A stretch of 59,974 bases of DNA, counting the filler, from Catajapyx aquilonaris (lineage: Eukaryota), in NCBI GenBank assembly GCA_000934665.2. It is 3 parts of 3 records of this genome, joined end to end, with 100 filler letters (N's around TTAATTAATTAA, not from the genome) between each part and the next. Parts side by side here need not be neighbours in the genome. Positions count along the whole stretch, not along the records: positions 1 to 15,635 come from KZ539686.1; 2 more parts are not named here. The stretch is one strand, 5' to 3'. Within the stretch, counting starts at the first letter, position 1, and every line of letters starts with the position of its first letter. Below the pieces are notes generated by a model that made no database searches, was not told where the DNA came from, and saw only the letters and a list, made by a program, of their open reading frames with translations. Positions 1 to 13,329 of this stretch are shown piece by piece. The translations under genes and the position numbers were made by a program.

Positions 1-250
1 CGTCCACGCGTCAGAGGCATGACAATCGCCTCAATTGGGGGAAATTTGAATTATGTCCGAACCATCCCGCTGTCCGAACCATCCCCGCTCTCCCCTAGCT
101 TATATTATTATATAGCTTAGTATTAAGCTCTTTGGTTTAGACCTAGCGACCTTTTTTTTTTCTTGTTACCATGACAAAACTGCAATAATTATGATGGAGA
201 CAAATATTTTTCTCAGAAACTCAGCACTTTACAACATCATCCATACTTAC

Positions 251-3200
251 TGTCCATATCTGGCTTTCTGCAGGGAATGCAGGACTAGCAAGGACACATC
301 CTAAGGCATAACACGCATTCCATTTCACCTTGGGTCCTCCTACAGTTGACCCACACCTTTTCAGGCAAGTCTTCACACCCTCACTTGCAGCAGTCTTGAA
401 TGTTTCACTGGGCCCTGATGCCGCTCCTTTTATTAAGCGGCCAATTATTCGCACAGCACTGCAACTCCATGCTCGGTCTGCATTGATCCCTGCATCTCGG
501 GTTGCTGCTACCAGGAAACGACACGACACAGCAGGTGGAATTGACAGTTCCAACTTGGGCCCATCATTGGAAACTGCTTTTGATAGCGGGTCTGTGACTT
601 CTTGGTCTTGAGTGGCGGTAATGCTAGTTGGTTTCAACATGTCATCGTCAGAGACACTGGAGATCGCTTCCCTGGACAAAGAAAGTTTTGTCATGCTAAG
701 AAAGTTTCACAAAGAGCAAGTTAATATGTACACCCAAAAATCTACTTAATACATATGTATACCCTCAAAATTTAAGAAATTTCAAATGGCCCACCTATCT
801 GAAGTGTTTGCTTTGGAATGCAGCAGCTTATCCACCAAGTTGGTTGCAGCCCAGGCAGCCTTTTCTCTGACTTCCCCTGGCATCTCCTCATCTTCTAGTG
901 CAACGAGAAGACTTGAGCATGTACTTGATACAAAATTTGTGTCCTTGCGCAAAGAATCCACTTGAAGGAGCAACCCTAAGGTCCTGAGAGCAGAAGCCCT
1001 TGGTGCACTTGGAACACCCACACTGGCAAAACTTAATGCTGACTCAATGATGAACTGCTGCTGGGTTGCACTCAGTCGCTCAAAAACAGCTGGGCTTACA
1101 CCAGCCAGGCAGTCACAAACAGCTGCTTTCACTTGTGGCGACTCAGAGGTAAGACCTCTTTCAAGGGCACCTGAATTTATCAGATGTGACCAGAGGGACA
1201 CAGCCACGTCACAAAATTCTGCGTTACGACCAAGAGCCACCACAAGTGCCTCTATGAACTTCCCTGAAAAGGTGTACAGGATAAATTAGTGGAGTCTTAC
1301 CTTATACGAGGTGCTACCCAAAAGTTTGCGAACTGACGCCAGTACTTTTGAACTGTACATAGGGCTGCAGGTGACCTTTCTGAACTACTCTGCCAAGTGG
1401 CACCTTCTCAGGCTGAATGGATCAGTTTCTGTGGGCGGTTTTGTAGTGTTGTGTTTGGTGTGTTCTATAATTCTATATGGGAGGGAAACTGGATGGCCTA
1501 AAAGAACAGCGTCAACTTTGTTTCAAACTTGGCAAAAGTGCTGCAAACTCACAAGATGCTAAAAGATGCATTCGGTGACAATGTTTTAGGGACATAGAAG
1601 TGATATAATCGTGGTTCAAAGATGATCGTTCTGGACGTCCTTTGAAGTGCACAACCCCATAGAAAATGGATAAAATTATTCTCAAATCTTCTTTCTTTAA
1701 GCCTCATTTTAATTTTCGGGTTGGGAAGAAGTTGCAGGGAGCTAAATCTGGCGAAAAAGGCAGCTGAGGAAGGAGATTCGAAGGAAATGCCTTGCGAAGT
1801 GGCGCGAGAACAACATCATGACAATTCGCCCGGTCACCCTGCGTTTGCCGCGCAGCAGTTTTTGGCATCCCAAAACAGGAAGATTGTCCCTTACCCACCT
1901 TTTTCGCCAGATTTAACTCCCTGCGACTTATTCCTATTCCCGAAAATGAAAATGAAATTGAAAAGAAGATATGACTCAGTAAACCAGGTCCACAAAGAAT
2001 CGCAGGTGGTGCTGTGAGTCCTAACAAAAAATGACTTCCACAAAGCATTCCAATTGTGGGAAGAACACTGGGATTGGTATCCATGTTCAAAAGGGGACTA
2101 CTGCGAAGGTGATTATGGAAAATAAGATGTACGGTAAGCTCATTTTTCAAAAAAAAATCAGTTCGCAAACTTTCGGGTAGCACCTCGTATGATGTGTATT
2201 GTCAGGTCAGCACTTACAATGTGAAAATAACATTGTCAAAATTACAATGAAATATCCCACAAGATACTTAAAAGTGGACAGAATGTACTATATCACTTGA
2301 AAAATGCAGATGATTTTGGATTTGGTTTCAATGCAAAATCGTCTCAGTCATTTTGAGAGATATACCGCAGTACAGTGTTGGACATTAATTCTGTTGTACT
2401 GCTAGCAACATTTTCCGATGCAGCAGAAGGGCAAAGTGAATTGATGGAATGCGAACCGTGTGAACCACTCTGCACTTCTGCCGCATAGGAAAATGTCACT
2501 AGCAGCACGACGGAATTAATATCCAGCACTGTACAGTATATGCTCTCATCTGAAAGCAGCCAAAAAACCAACCTTCAAAGATGTAACATTAGACTTGCTA
2601 GCAATTACTGACCAACATTGATACTAATAATGCCAAGGAAAAAAAATATTTGACCCTTGTAGTAAGCCCCTGAAAAAATTTCAAGCTCCTTGCTATGTGA
2701 ACAAGCATGAATGTAAACAACATTGTGCCCACCTGCATGCAAAAGAATGAGCTCCTCGTTGTTCTCCCCTTTGATCAATCCGCAAAGCTGGCTGCCCAAT
2801 GGTTCAGGCAACTCCATAACGAGGAGCGGGAGGTGTCCTCTGCATATCCACACCAGAGTCTGTAAGGCCCCCACCCGAACAGGAGGAGCCTTCTCCACAT
2901 CCTCATTAGAAGCCCCTCCTGCACCAGGACTGCTGCATGCCAGCTTCAAACAGTGGCGCACTAGCCAATTTACACTGGATGGTGCACTTGGGCTCGCAGG
3001 GGGGGCGGGATGAGAGGGAGAGGTCAAAGGCGGCCCTCCAAGCAAGGGGCGGACCTCCTGATGGGAAGTCTCAGGGGCTGCCGCAATTGTTCCAAGAAGA
3101 GTTAGGGCAGCCACACGCACAGTTGAATCTGCAAATCTAAGAAATATTAAACCGTTTTCAAACTAAAATAAGGCAAGTGGGGCTGACCTCTGTGCATGAT

Positions 3201-4365
3201 GTGGGATCTAGCAGCCCATATCATCTTGGATAGAAGCCCTGGTCGAAGTCTGTGGTATGGAGAAGCCTGAACCAACATGGCAGCAACCTTAAGAATCTGG
3301 GCCAAGCACCTCCCCCTCTGCTCTGAAGCAGCAGCTTCAGCCACAGTGACATGAAGGCCTCTGACCAAGTGAGCTGTTGCCTCTGAGAAAGATGTAAAGG
3401 TGGTGGTCCCTCCACCCTTTGCAGGCTCTAGGGCAGGTGACATATATGGTCGAGCACCATCCAACATAACCGCTAGAATTAAAGCAGCTGAATGGCGCAC
3501 TTCTGCTGAACTGTCCCTAGTCACAGCATTCCCGAGGCATCCTCCAAGCAGGGATGGCCAGAAAGGGACTAGACGGCGACGATCAGTGAACTGAACAAGG
3601 GCAGACATGGCCTGTAGAGAGGCCAGGCGCACACCTGTTGCATCAGTACGCTTCAGAGACACCATCTCTGCATCAGACACATCAGATTCTGAGCTGGGAA
3701 CTGCAATGGGTTGAAAATGCAGTTAACAAAGAGAATTATTCCAAAGTGGCACTCTACTTATCATCCCCAGCAATTCTGACCTGCTCCTCTGCTCTTCTTG
3801 GTTGGCCGAATCCTTTTGTGTGCTCGTCCCAAAGATGGAGGAGGTGGTGTTTTTGGTATTGATGCAAGCTGGCTTGGAGCAGGAACCATGACTGCCACAG
3901 GCAACATTGGGCTTGGCTTGGCTTGCTGGCCTGACAGGAAGGCCTGGAGCACCCCCAGTGTCCTACACAGCATGTCATCTGACATTGTTTGCAATGGCAG
4001 ACAGGTTGACAATCCCTCAAGGCACACACACGCCATCTCAGTGTCACCCGATGCACCTGGACCCCAATAGTTCCCTTTCTCCAGTGAACACAAGAAGCAG
4101 CTAAATAAGCCTGATGTCACCTGGGGTGAAACTACGTCGGAGCAGGAGCCTGAAGTCACGGACAGCACAATCTGGAAAACGTGTGAAATAATTAATGTGC
4201 TTGACATGTTCACTCTGCATCTGACGAGTTATAAAAATACTGCACAACCCACTAATTTACTTCATAATTCCTAGTAGAAATTGATGCTTCATATCGCTGC
4301 CCATTGTAATTTTTAATTTCCATGTGCCTGTACAGAGGATAAATTCTTCCCGACTTTTATCACAA

Positions 4366-4439
<74 letters not shown>

Positions 4440-4649
4440 CGTTCAACAACAACATCATAACGACATTTCCCTATGAGGGGTAGTCAGCAATGAAGGGAGA
4501 CGTAAGCTAACCCAACATATGAACTAATAAAACTCATGAGAATAAACCTAAAAACAACCCGTCCCACCCCCACCCCTGCCCACCTTAGAAACAGACACTC
4601 AATATTAAATTTAAATATAATAAAAATAAAAATAATTAATTAATTAAAT

Positions 4650-4717
<68 letters not shown>

Positions 4718-5777
4718 TCATGCCCCGTTATGAGCCATCGGCTCTTTAGGGGGGAAGTTTGTTTTGCCTGGAACTCTTTGCTTTTCATTTTACCGTGCTC
4801 TTTGGGATAGGATAGGGACGGAAGGAAGCAGCTGTGGCCTATTAATTACGGAAGCAACTCTGGGATTTTCCTGGAAGGACCGTGGGAAACCACAGAAAAC
4901 CACGGTCAGAGTTGCCGGCCCCGGGATTTGATCCCAGGACCTCCCGATTAGCAGTCGGACACCATATCCCCTCCTAACTGCTTTAAACTCCTATCCTCCA
5001 AACTGCTTTGGTCTTTTATCAGAAAATTAATATGCGTGGGTATGAAATTAGCTTCTCAGTCAAAATTCCACATTTAATTCATACACTGAAAATTATTCAC
5101 CTGCAAGCATCTCAGTGCACTACTCTGAACCGATTCAGGCGACGTTATCCTGAGTGGAAAGGGACACTTCTGGGTGGCCAGCTGCACGAGAAGTCCAGAT
5201 GGGCTCAAGACACGCTTGGTCACATCAAGGGATGCGGCCAACGACAAGCAGCCTCTAGGCAGAAGCAGACTGAGTGCCTGCAACGCATCAGGAAGCGACA
5301 CCTCTCCTCCCGATCCCTCCGCCACATCCAAGCACCAATTGGCCAACAGCAATTCCATCTCCGGCTGACTGGCCAGACGACCCACCCTCCTGTGGATGAC
5401 CTGGCAACCTTTGGCAGCCAGGAACCCATTGCAGGCTGGCGGTATCAACTCGGGAATCCGGGACAATACGTCTGCATACTTCTCATTCTGGAATTTAACA
5501 GCAGTGTTGTAGCACTGGTACTAGTATTACTAGTAGCAGTGGAAATAGAAATTGAGAAACGTCAGAACGTCACGAATGCCGGCACTTTCGCCGCCCTTAC
5601 CTCTTGACTTCCCGTCGCGTTTCCTCCTCCTGCCCGTCCGTCCCAAGCCAAGAGCTTGTCCAGGATGGCGTTGAGGTCATCCCGAGGCGCGTCCCGGACG
5701 TCCAGAGAGGTGAAGGCGCGGATGAGGGACGAGAGACCCTCCCTTCCAGCCTCGTGCTGCTCACTCGCGGACGACAT
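251..5777 (-). CDS. HEATR6: HEAT repeat-containing protein 6, 7 exons visible, 3' end outside the window
   Basis: Exons 5777-5601, 5487-5101, 4171-3781, 3700-3188, 3128-2733, 1263-795 and 695-251 all have GT-AG boundaries and join in frame (926 codons). The motifs SSESDVSDAE, DSTVRVAALTLLG, LHAGKFIEAL and KVKWNACYALG match the HEATR6 family as I recall it. Confidence 0.9.
1307..2187 (+). mobile_element. Internally deleted and rearranged mariner element in HEATR6 intron 5
   Basis: 30-bp TIRs CGAGGTGCTACCC(A/G)AAAGTTTGCGAACTGA at 1307-1336 and 2158-2187 (1 mismatch), with TA on both sides. Transposase remnants CFKLGKSAA, HDNSPGH and FSPDLTPCD. Confidence 0.92.
4367..4434. repeat. (AAT)n microsatellite
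   Basis: Perfect AAT run; it explains the poly-Leu ORF at 4257-4439. Confidence 0.95.
4650..4975 (-). mobile_element. tRNA-derived SINE with (ATT)n tail
   Basis: The minus strand has a degenerate tRNA-like head (GGGAGGTCCTGGGATCAAATCCCGG, B-box-like) near 4920-4950, a body, and an (ATT)n tail at 4650-4716. Confidence 0.65.
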
Positions 5778-6225
5778 GTTCCTTTCGTGACGTCATGCAA
5801 GGGATGCCAGGCCAAGGAGGGAGGGGGGGTTGTCCCAGGGTAGCCAGATGGAGCCGCTCAATTTGAAACCGTACTTCTTCCGCCCCTCAAAAAAACTGGG
5901 CATCCCCTACACAAGCAGGAGTTGGAACAGTTGGAAGCACCGCAAGTAGAGGCACTGGAAGCATCTTATGATGTTCACAGATTTGCGGGATTACGAAAGG
6001 AAACAATAAGGTGCGTGTAAAATGATTCCATCCTCATCGCCTTTATTCATCCAGCAGTACACTCTCCAGTTGCAACACCCAATCAGATATCTGTATTTTA
6101 CAGGGCCATACACCTTTTCAATGAAATCTTTATAATTTTAAAATACACCCTAAAATTCAAAACTCATCCTCTGAAATTATAACTTTTTAAAATGACATGG
6201 CAATGATATAATCGGAATAAATTCA

Positions 6226-6377
6226 CCATATCCTCCTGAGACCTGACGTCCAATATATTGGACATCAGCAAAACAAAATAAAACAAACAAAAAAAGGCGT
6301 CAACTGAAATTGACGTCATTTTTTTCCCCCCCTGATGGCCAATATATTGGACATCAGGTCTCAGGAGGATATAGGTC
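6226..6377. mobile_element. Small palindromic MITE
   Basis: Inverted arms ATATCCTCCTGAGACCTGA..CCAATATATTGG and CCAATATATTGG..TCAGGTCTCAGGAGGATAT. Confidence 0.6.
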
Positions 6378-6640
6378 CTTCCAAACTTGTGTGTGTTTTT
6401 TTTTAACTCACCAAATTCGACATGGCCTAATTTTATGAATGGCTGTGCTCTGAATGAAGTTGACATTACTCATGAATCCCTAACTTAACCTTTGAAATGA
6501 ATTTCTTGTAGCCAACTTTGGAAGAAAAAATTAAAACAAGGGAACTGAAGAAGAACATCTTCAGTTCAAATGCATGTTCAACTGCAAATATTTACACAAC
6601 TAAAAGACTCAACTCCTGGCATATTTAAAAAATGAAGCGA

Positions 6641-7992
6641 TTAGCGTGATGAGAAGATCGCATCAATTTGCCTCTTCACAGAAGCCAGACCATCCTTGAC
6701 ACCTTCGTCAAGTCCCTCTGCGGCCACTCCATGCTTGGCCACATTCCTCCCACTTGGCAGAGTAAGCACCATTCCATTGTTGAGCCTCACCTGCACTGAA
6801 CTGTCATTGGGATGGTCAGCAATTACAGGAGACCCGTGTTTGGAGAAGAGGACCTCTCCCACCAAGGGCCGTCGACTTAGGGTCACCTGACCTTCAGGAT
6901 CAACCTTTGGATGTATCACAGAGCTGGGAGCTGCCCCTTTGTTTAGAGGGGTGCAATATGGATTCTTGGTGTAAATCTTCTTTCTTCCCCTGGCAGAAGC
7001 ACTTCTAGGGGCAGACTTTGCTCCTGCTTGATTATGCAGAGGGCCCTGTGGCGGCGGCATAATCACGTCAAGAGGAACTGGATCATTCTCTTCTTCAAGT
7101 TGTTTAATGTATGCATGGAAGCTCATGTTGCGAATATTCTCAGGGAGCTTCCACAGCTGGACCTGGAGTAAATGGTGTATTTTGTTGTGAAAGTAGCCAG
7201 TAAAGTGTGAGTGAGTGATGGTTTTTTGGCAGCAACTACAGGGTCCTCACATTTTTCTAATTTTTACATGCACATTTTACCAACCCTAAATCACTTCAAT
7301 AATGAGGCTCTCCTCGCACTATGACACTATTCATTTTATTGGCTTTAGACCTTGTCAGAATGAAAAGCTTGGTGGCATTAAATTTGAAGTGCCAATTCCT
7401 GGTACACCACATGTGATTCTGACTTCCAATCAGTAACTTCAGCATCTTTCCCCACTGCGTACTGTTACGGTAAATGCGTTGGGAGGGTTCGGGATTGCTT
7501 TTCATGCTCGATCAGATGGGTAAGAAATTCCCCGATGTGAAATCAAATCATGGTCAACCCATACATGTCCCGACACTTATTCCAAAACCAAGCAACACAT
7601 TTCATTAACGGCCACAAGGTGAGTGGATAGCTTTAGTGCTATTAAGTCAAATTTTTAAACAAATTTAAACCGTGTGGGGTCCTTAAAGACCCCACGTCGT
7701 AGCCAATGTATGGCAGATTCACGTTTGTGGTTAAGGGTTAAAAGTGTAGTCAATATATGGCCCGTAAAGTATACATTACCTGAAATGCATGCTCAATAGC
7801 TTGAATGGCGAATGATTGAGATGTGTCTAAGGCTGACGTGCGCTTCATAACCTCCCTCTCAAAATCTCGCAGCACATTACTACGAGAAGCTACCGACGGC
7901 CGTGGATCCTGCCCATCACGTTGCCCCACATTAGGTGGCGTGGAGGGACCATCTGCGGAACCGTTTCCTTCTGCATCCTTGGTGCCTGGCAT
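6641..7992 (-). CDS. CDCA8: Borealin (chromosomal passenger complex subunit), 2 coding exons, 244 aa
   Basis: Exons 7992-7780 and 7162-6641 with a GT-AG phase-0 intron. The N-terminal LRDFEREV...LWKLPENIRNMSF resembles the Borealin N-terminal helix (human LKDFDREV...LRLPKALREM). The C-terminal PKVDP...RRPLVGEVLFSKHGSPVIA resembles the Borealin C-terminal motif. Confidence 0.85.
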
Positions 7993-8590
7993 GTTTCCCG
8001 ACCTGCAACCGCAATAGGAAACCAATAATTCTGTGCTTCCCTGCACAAATTTGTTCCACTTTTTTACTAAATAATCCTGGCAGTCCCAGCACCACAACAA
8101 AGAAACTCACGTGCAACCAGTTCTTCCTCCCTGCCCCCTGCTCTTCCTTCCCCAGCAGCAACCTGGCCGCACCCTAAACCAACGGATTAAGGTCTGGGTC
8201 TACAACCGGTCTGCTCAAAACCGTAAAATTTGAGCCGACACAACAACAACCGACTTACTGTTCGAAATATGGGAGCCGAGTTCGTAACGGTTTTATAACT
8301 TATACGCTTATCCCCCACAACAGTTACTTCCGGGTAGCAGCTATAACAGTAGCGGCTAGGATAGCTGCGACTGGATAATGGCGGCCGATTCAAATTATTA
8401 GGATGCAATATTAATTTTTCCTGATCACCAAAACGGTGGCAACGCTGTATCGTAGCAACGTTCCTTTTCGAACCATAAAATCTGCGACTGGTCGCAAGGA
8501 TATATTTCCCAGGAGGATCGCCCCCAAAGTGCCGATTACCCAATAACTGACCAAGAGTGTGTCTGCGCGTACTACATACATGCAATCGTG

Positions 8591-9971
8591 ATGGGTCGCA
8601 ATAACATACCTAAGCACAACATACCGCGCCACAAGCTTGAAATTGTAAGTTGCTTCTCTCATTTTTTATTATTATTACAGAAGGTCCAGTTATAAAAGCG
8701 ATACAGATAAACCAAAGAATGATCTGACGTCACAACCTGGTGTAACGTGACGTCAGATCGTTCTTTATTGTTTCAAAGGACAGTACATAATTATAAAGTG
8801 TGAATATCCTAGCCGCTGTATCCTGGTCCTGGACGCTACATCCTCAAGCGATGGCCAGACGAAACAATCGAGCCCTTTTCGACCATGACAGCTTTTGAGA
8901 AGCTGATGGTCCATTCGTGCGAGAGGGCTGTTACCCCAACAACGAAGAAGATGACAGAGGAATCTAAGATGCCTCTTCAGCCAAAGTTTCCATACGTGGT
9001 CAAGCAGCCACCGGTGTACTTTGACATCGTGCAGCATTCCCCTAAGGAACTGTACGCCGCTAAGATGCTGAAGAACGTTAACAGGGAGCTCGTAGAGTGG
9101 CCTGGTGACAGGGTGATCCGTAAGTATAAATAATAGGTGGGGATGGGGGAAGTACTGTTGGTTGCATTTTTATTGTACTTTGCAGTGAAGGAGAAGTTAC
9201 CGACTCAGATAGGGCATGGGCTTTGCGTTTTTACTCGTGATTTACGGCGGATGTCATCCAAGCCCAAACAGTTGGGTGGATGGAGCAGGTCAGCCAGGTA
9301 CCAAGCTTTTGGCAACAGACTCAACGCAGCCGAGGGACGATACTGGCTCACCTATGTGAGACACTTGCTTGTTAGCAACATATACATTTTTAGAGGGCTA
9401 AATAATGGTCGGAACCACCTTTTTATCATACAGGAACCGTCGACTAAGAAGCAGGTTGCACGAGTTAAACCAGAGGTCAGCATGATGCCAAAGGTGGTGC
9501 CCAGGATTATTCACAAGCCCTGGGTAAGTAAACTACAATAATGCACAGAAGTAGTTTAAAATAAGTTGCAACGGTTGCAATGACAATTTTTAAAAATCGT
9601 TGGAGATAAGACGAGAGAGTACCAATGATTATTGATAATGCCAACAGTGCACAATGCGCGAAGTATGGTGCGCACTCGATTGCGTTCGTGACATAATCAT
9701 CTGTAGAACCAAGAGCTGGTAGAACCTTGGTAGAACCTAATAAAAATCAGTGTGTGTTATCTTGCCACTGATTTTTCCTCCCCTTCACATGAAGCTGGAC
9801 GTGCACATAGATCGACAACATCCCAAGATCATCTACCACTATCACGCTGTCAAAGCTCAGGTGCAGATCATCCACTCCACCGACGCTAAGGTTCCCCAGA
9901 TAGAAGGATCAGGAAAAGATCTGGTCGAACAGCTGGTGAGAATGCACGAGAGGAGGTACGGAAAGAAGTGA
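8591..9971 (+). CDS. Uncharacterised basic protein, about 265 aa, with one PGPGRY (STPG/SHIPPO-like) motif; 5 predicted exons, first exon uncertain
   Basis: Exons 8591-8644, 8813-9119, 9186-9355, 9434-9523 and 9795-9971 have GT-AG sites and join into one open frame (266 codons). AATAAA lies near 10062. Confidence 0.65.
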
Positions 9972-10337
9972 TGGGGGGCATGGAGCACACCACCGGAACA
10001 CAAGACCCTTGTCACTGGAAAATATAACACATGAATCTCTGTACACAAAAAACATGCAAGAAATAAAGTTCGCAGTATTTTTTAAAAAAATATAAAGATA
10101 ATCCACATTTTATCACGACGAGTCATGTAAACTGCGATCGCTGGAAGTGACAAAACCGCGATTTTAAATAGCGCTTATGTATGTGTAGCAGCGACGTGAT
10201 AAAACGCTCTCCGATTCCAATATGGCGACGTACTAGCGCGCCTAATATTTTTCTTTGTGATTATCCTCCATTGAATTGTTGACTTTTCTGCTTCGTTTTG
10301 GGTCTATCTGCGACGCGCCCGTGGTCTGTGGATTGTC

Positions 10338-12167
10338 ATGGGAGGTGGCACTGAAAAGGTTAACCTGCCCTGGTCAGTATTATAACGAGTGTTATGGGCA
10401 GCTCTTCTGATGGGTTTACTTTTATCACATGTTCTTCTTTTCATTTGTAGGGTTGAGAAATATCGGCCCAAGGAATTGGGCGAGCTGGTGTCGCACGAGG
10501 AAATTGTGAAGACCAGTGAGTTCGAATTATGCATTACCATCGCAGTATTTGATGAGAAAACACAGATTTATTGCTGGAGTGGGACAGTCGGATATGACGA
10601 GGGGTCCGATAATAATCAGGGTTGTACTGTTGGTTTATAACACGTGCTCTCTCTCTCGCCTGTTCCGCAGTTGATCGTTTCCTTTCCGAGGGCCACCTTC
10701 CCCACCTTCTCTTTTATGGGCCCCCTGGCACTGGGAAGACGTCCCTGGTGCTAGCATGTGCCCGGAAGCTCTACACACCGCAGCAGATGACCTCCATGGT
10801 TCTGGAACTGAATGCATCTGATGACAGAGGGATCGGAATAGTGAGAGGGCCGATCCTTAGCTTCGCTTCCACCAGGGCTGTCTTCAGGTCCACGTTCAAG
10901 CTTGTCATTCTTGACGAGGCTGATGCCATGACTAAGGATGCCCAAAATGCTCTCAGGCGAAGTTAGTTTCCTACATCTTCCGATGCTCATGTATCAGTTG
11001 AGCCTGATCAACAGCCGTTTGCTCTTTGCAGTCATGGAGAAGTTCACCGAGAATGTTCGCTTCTGCCTAATCTGCAACTACCTTAGCAACATAATCCCAG
11101 CACTTCAGTCAAGGTGTACACGATTTAGATTTGGCCCACTTCAGCCGCAGCAAATGATCCCGCGACTCAGGGTAGTTGCAGAGGCCGAAGGGTGAGTACA
11201 GGAAAATTATACTTTAATGCTGTTGCTTCATGAAGTTATGAATTACCCTGCAATAAAATAGTGGACTTCTTACCAATTTGTAAAAGTCAGTCAACATCAA
11301 CTGACATTGTTACAGCTGGACAAATACATTGGCTCTCACGAAGTAAAGAACAGTGAAATGAAAATCTCGGTTTCAGGGTTGACCTGACACCTGATGGTGA
11401 GGATGCCCTCGTGACACTTTCTGGTGGGGACATGCGTCGAGTGCTGAATGTCCTGCAGGCATCCTCAATGGCCTTGGGTAAGGTTGATGCGCATGCGGTG
11501 TATCTCTGTGTGGCCCACCCCACCCCTGAGGATATTGCGTCCGTGGTGCAGGACCTACTGACCAAGGATTTCCTGGAAGCGTACAAGAGTGTCAGGAAGA
11601 TGCAAGCCAGTAAGGGGCTGGCACTGCAGGACATCCTGACTGAGGTCCACTCTTACATTCATAGAGGTATGTCTGGATTAATTCTCATGCAATCTTTTCA
11701 GGTGATGGAGGGATTATGGTAGTACAGTTGGAGTAGGGAGATCAGAAGATCACTTTGCATGTAGCCATAGAGAAATGCAAGACACATAGGGTAGACCTTT
11801 TCAAACTGTTTTGATTATGGGCCCACAGCAATGATCCCACAGTAGCCATTGTTACCATGCACAACCCGCAAACAACAAGGAAGAATTTGAATTCGCGAGT
11901 ACTGGAGTTGGCAACCAATTAATAGCCATGCACTGTTCTTTGAGGAGCTAACTCAGGGGATAACCACACTTTGTCTTAAAAATTGTCATTATTGCAGTGG
12001 AGCTTCCAAAAGGTGCTATGGCTACCTTGCTGGTGAAACTGAGCGACATTGAACACCGTCTGAGCAGCGGAGCTTCCGAGAGGCTACAGCTGAGCTCAGT
12101 AGTGGCTGCCTTTTACTTGGCCAGGCAGCAAGCCATTAAGGAGGATGGGCATTCTACCACTGACTAA
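10338..12167 (+). CDS. RFC5: Replication factor C subunit 5 (36 kDa; yeast RFC3 orthologue), 6 exons, 336 aa
   Basis: Exons 10338-10372, 10451-10515, 10671-10961, 11032-11191, 11377-11666 and 11998-12167. Motifs [24 protein letters not shown] (Walker A), [30 protein letters not shown] and GDMRRVLN. PolyA signal at 12215-12220. Confidence 0.95.
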
Positions 12168-13111
12168 TACTTGAACTCTGTGGATATCATCAAGGGTTTT
12201 CTTTCTTATCATGCAATAAAGGTTTTGTTACAATCTTCTAATTTCAAGTACCTTCAATCAAGTTAGTACCAATAAGGGCTGGTTTCACCTAGAGCAGTCG
12301 ATGATAAAACCGGGAATCTTTCGTAAAATATCCATACAAATATGTAGGGATTTTCCAAAAGAATCCTGGTTTTATTTTATCATATGGATATACCACTCTG
12401 GGTAAACAAGCCTGAAGTAGGGCCTGTCAAGGAGCAAACATAGGGAAGGTGGTGGGAAATGTACAAAAATATACAGGTTAGCTAATGCAGCCAAGAACTG
12501 CATGCAAGAGACTGACTCTGAAAGCAACAAAAGTAGGATTAGTTTATCTCGGTCACAGCAAATCACTTCATTGTAATAAAACTGACAACAATTTATTGCT
12601 TTGTTATGCCAATGACCCGCACTGACTTACATTGAGCAATGCTATTTCCTTTCTAACAATTATGCACAGCATAGGCTCCCAACAGACTTAATAAATTATG
12701 AACAAAACAATAAAAACAACAAGTATAAAATACATACATTGAGCTTTGGTGGAAGGCCCCACCTAGAAATGGTGACAATGGGTTTTTGGTGGGGGGCAGG
12801 GATTACTTACAATTACAAGTAATCCCTGAGGGGGCAGCCACTTGCATTAGAGGTGTGCACTGGTTTCATGTGGAGTCAACTGAAACTGACCGAAACCATA
12901 ACTGTTTTGGAAAAGAATGGTTTCTGGTCATTTTTGGGTTAGTTTCATATAGTTTCTGCACCAAAGTGTATGCAGTTTCTTGAAGTTACTAACCCCTTTG
13001 TTATTTTGGCAATACACATTAGATGACCATCTATGTATGGTCTTATAATACTCAGGTCCCNNNNNNNNNNNNNNNNNNNNNNNNNNNNNNNNNNNNNNNN
13101 NNNTTTTTGCA

Positions 13112-13329
13112 TGAGCTTACTTGCTCTCTCCCATTGAGGTGGGGTTTCTGATTTGGTACTGGTGTTGCTCCACAGTTCCCAAGGCGGTTCCTGCAGACAA
13201 CTCTGCTTACTTGATCCGGATCCAGCTGCAGTTTAAAGAGTCGTCCACCCGAACCGCCTTGGAACTGTGGAACGACACCAGTGGCAAATCGGAAACCCCA
13301 CCCTGGTGGGGGAGAGCAAGTATGCTCAC
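13112..13329. repeat. Imperfect ~220-bp palindrome (probable MITE) next to an assembly gap
   Basis: TGAGCTTACTTGCTCTCTCCC...CAAGGCGGTTC pairs with GAACCGCCTTGG...GGGAGAGCAAGTATGCTCA. Confidence 0.6.

Noticed and set aside
4257..4439. Poly-Leu ORF (and poly-Asp ORF at 53028-53267)
   Set aside because: These are translations of microsatellites.
5008..5607. 199-aa plus-strand ORF, and other ORFs antisense to HEATR6, RFC5 and the LRR gene
   Set aside because: Shadow frames of real exons on the opposite strand.
8385..8400. CHR-like TTTGAA upstream of Borealin and E2F-like GCGCGCC upstream of RFC5 (near 10236)
   Set aside because: Biologically plausible, but too short to support without TSS data.
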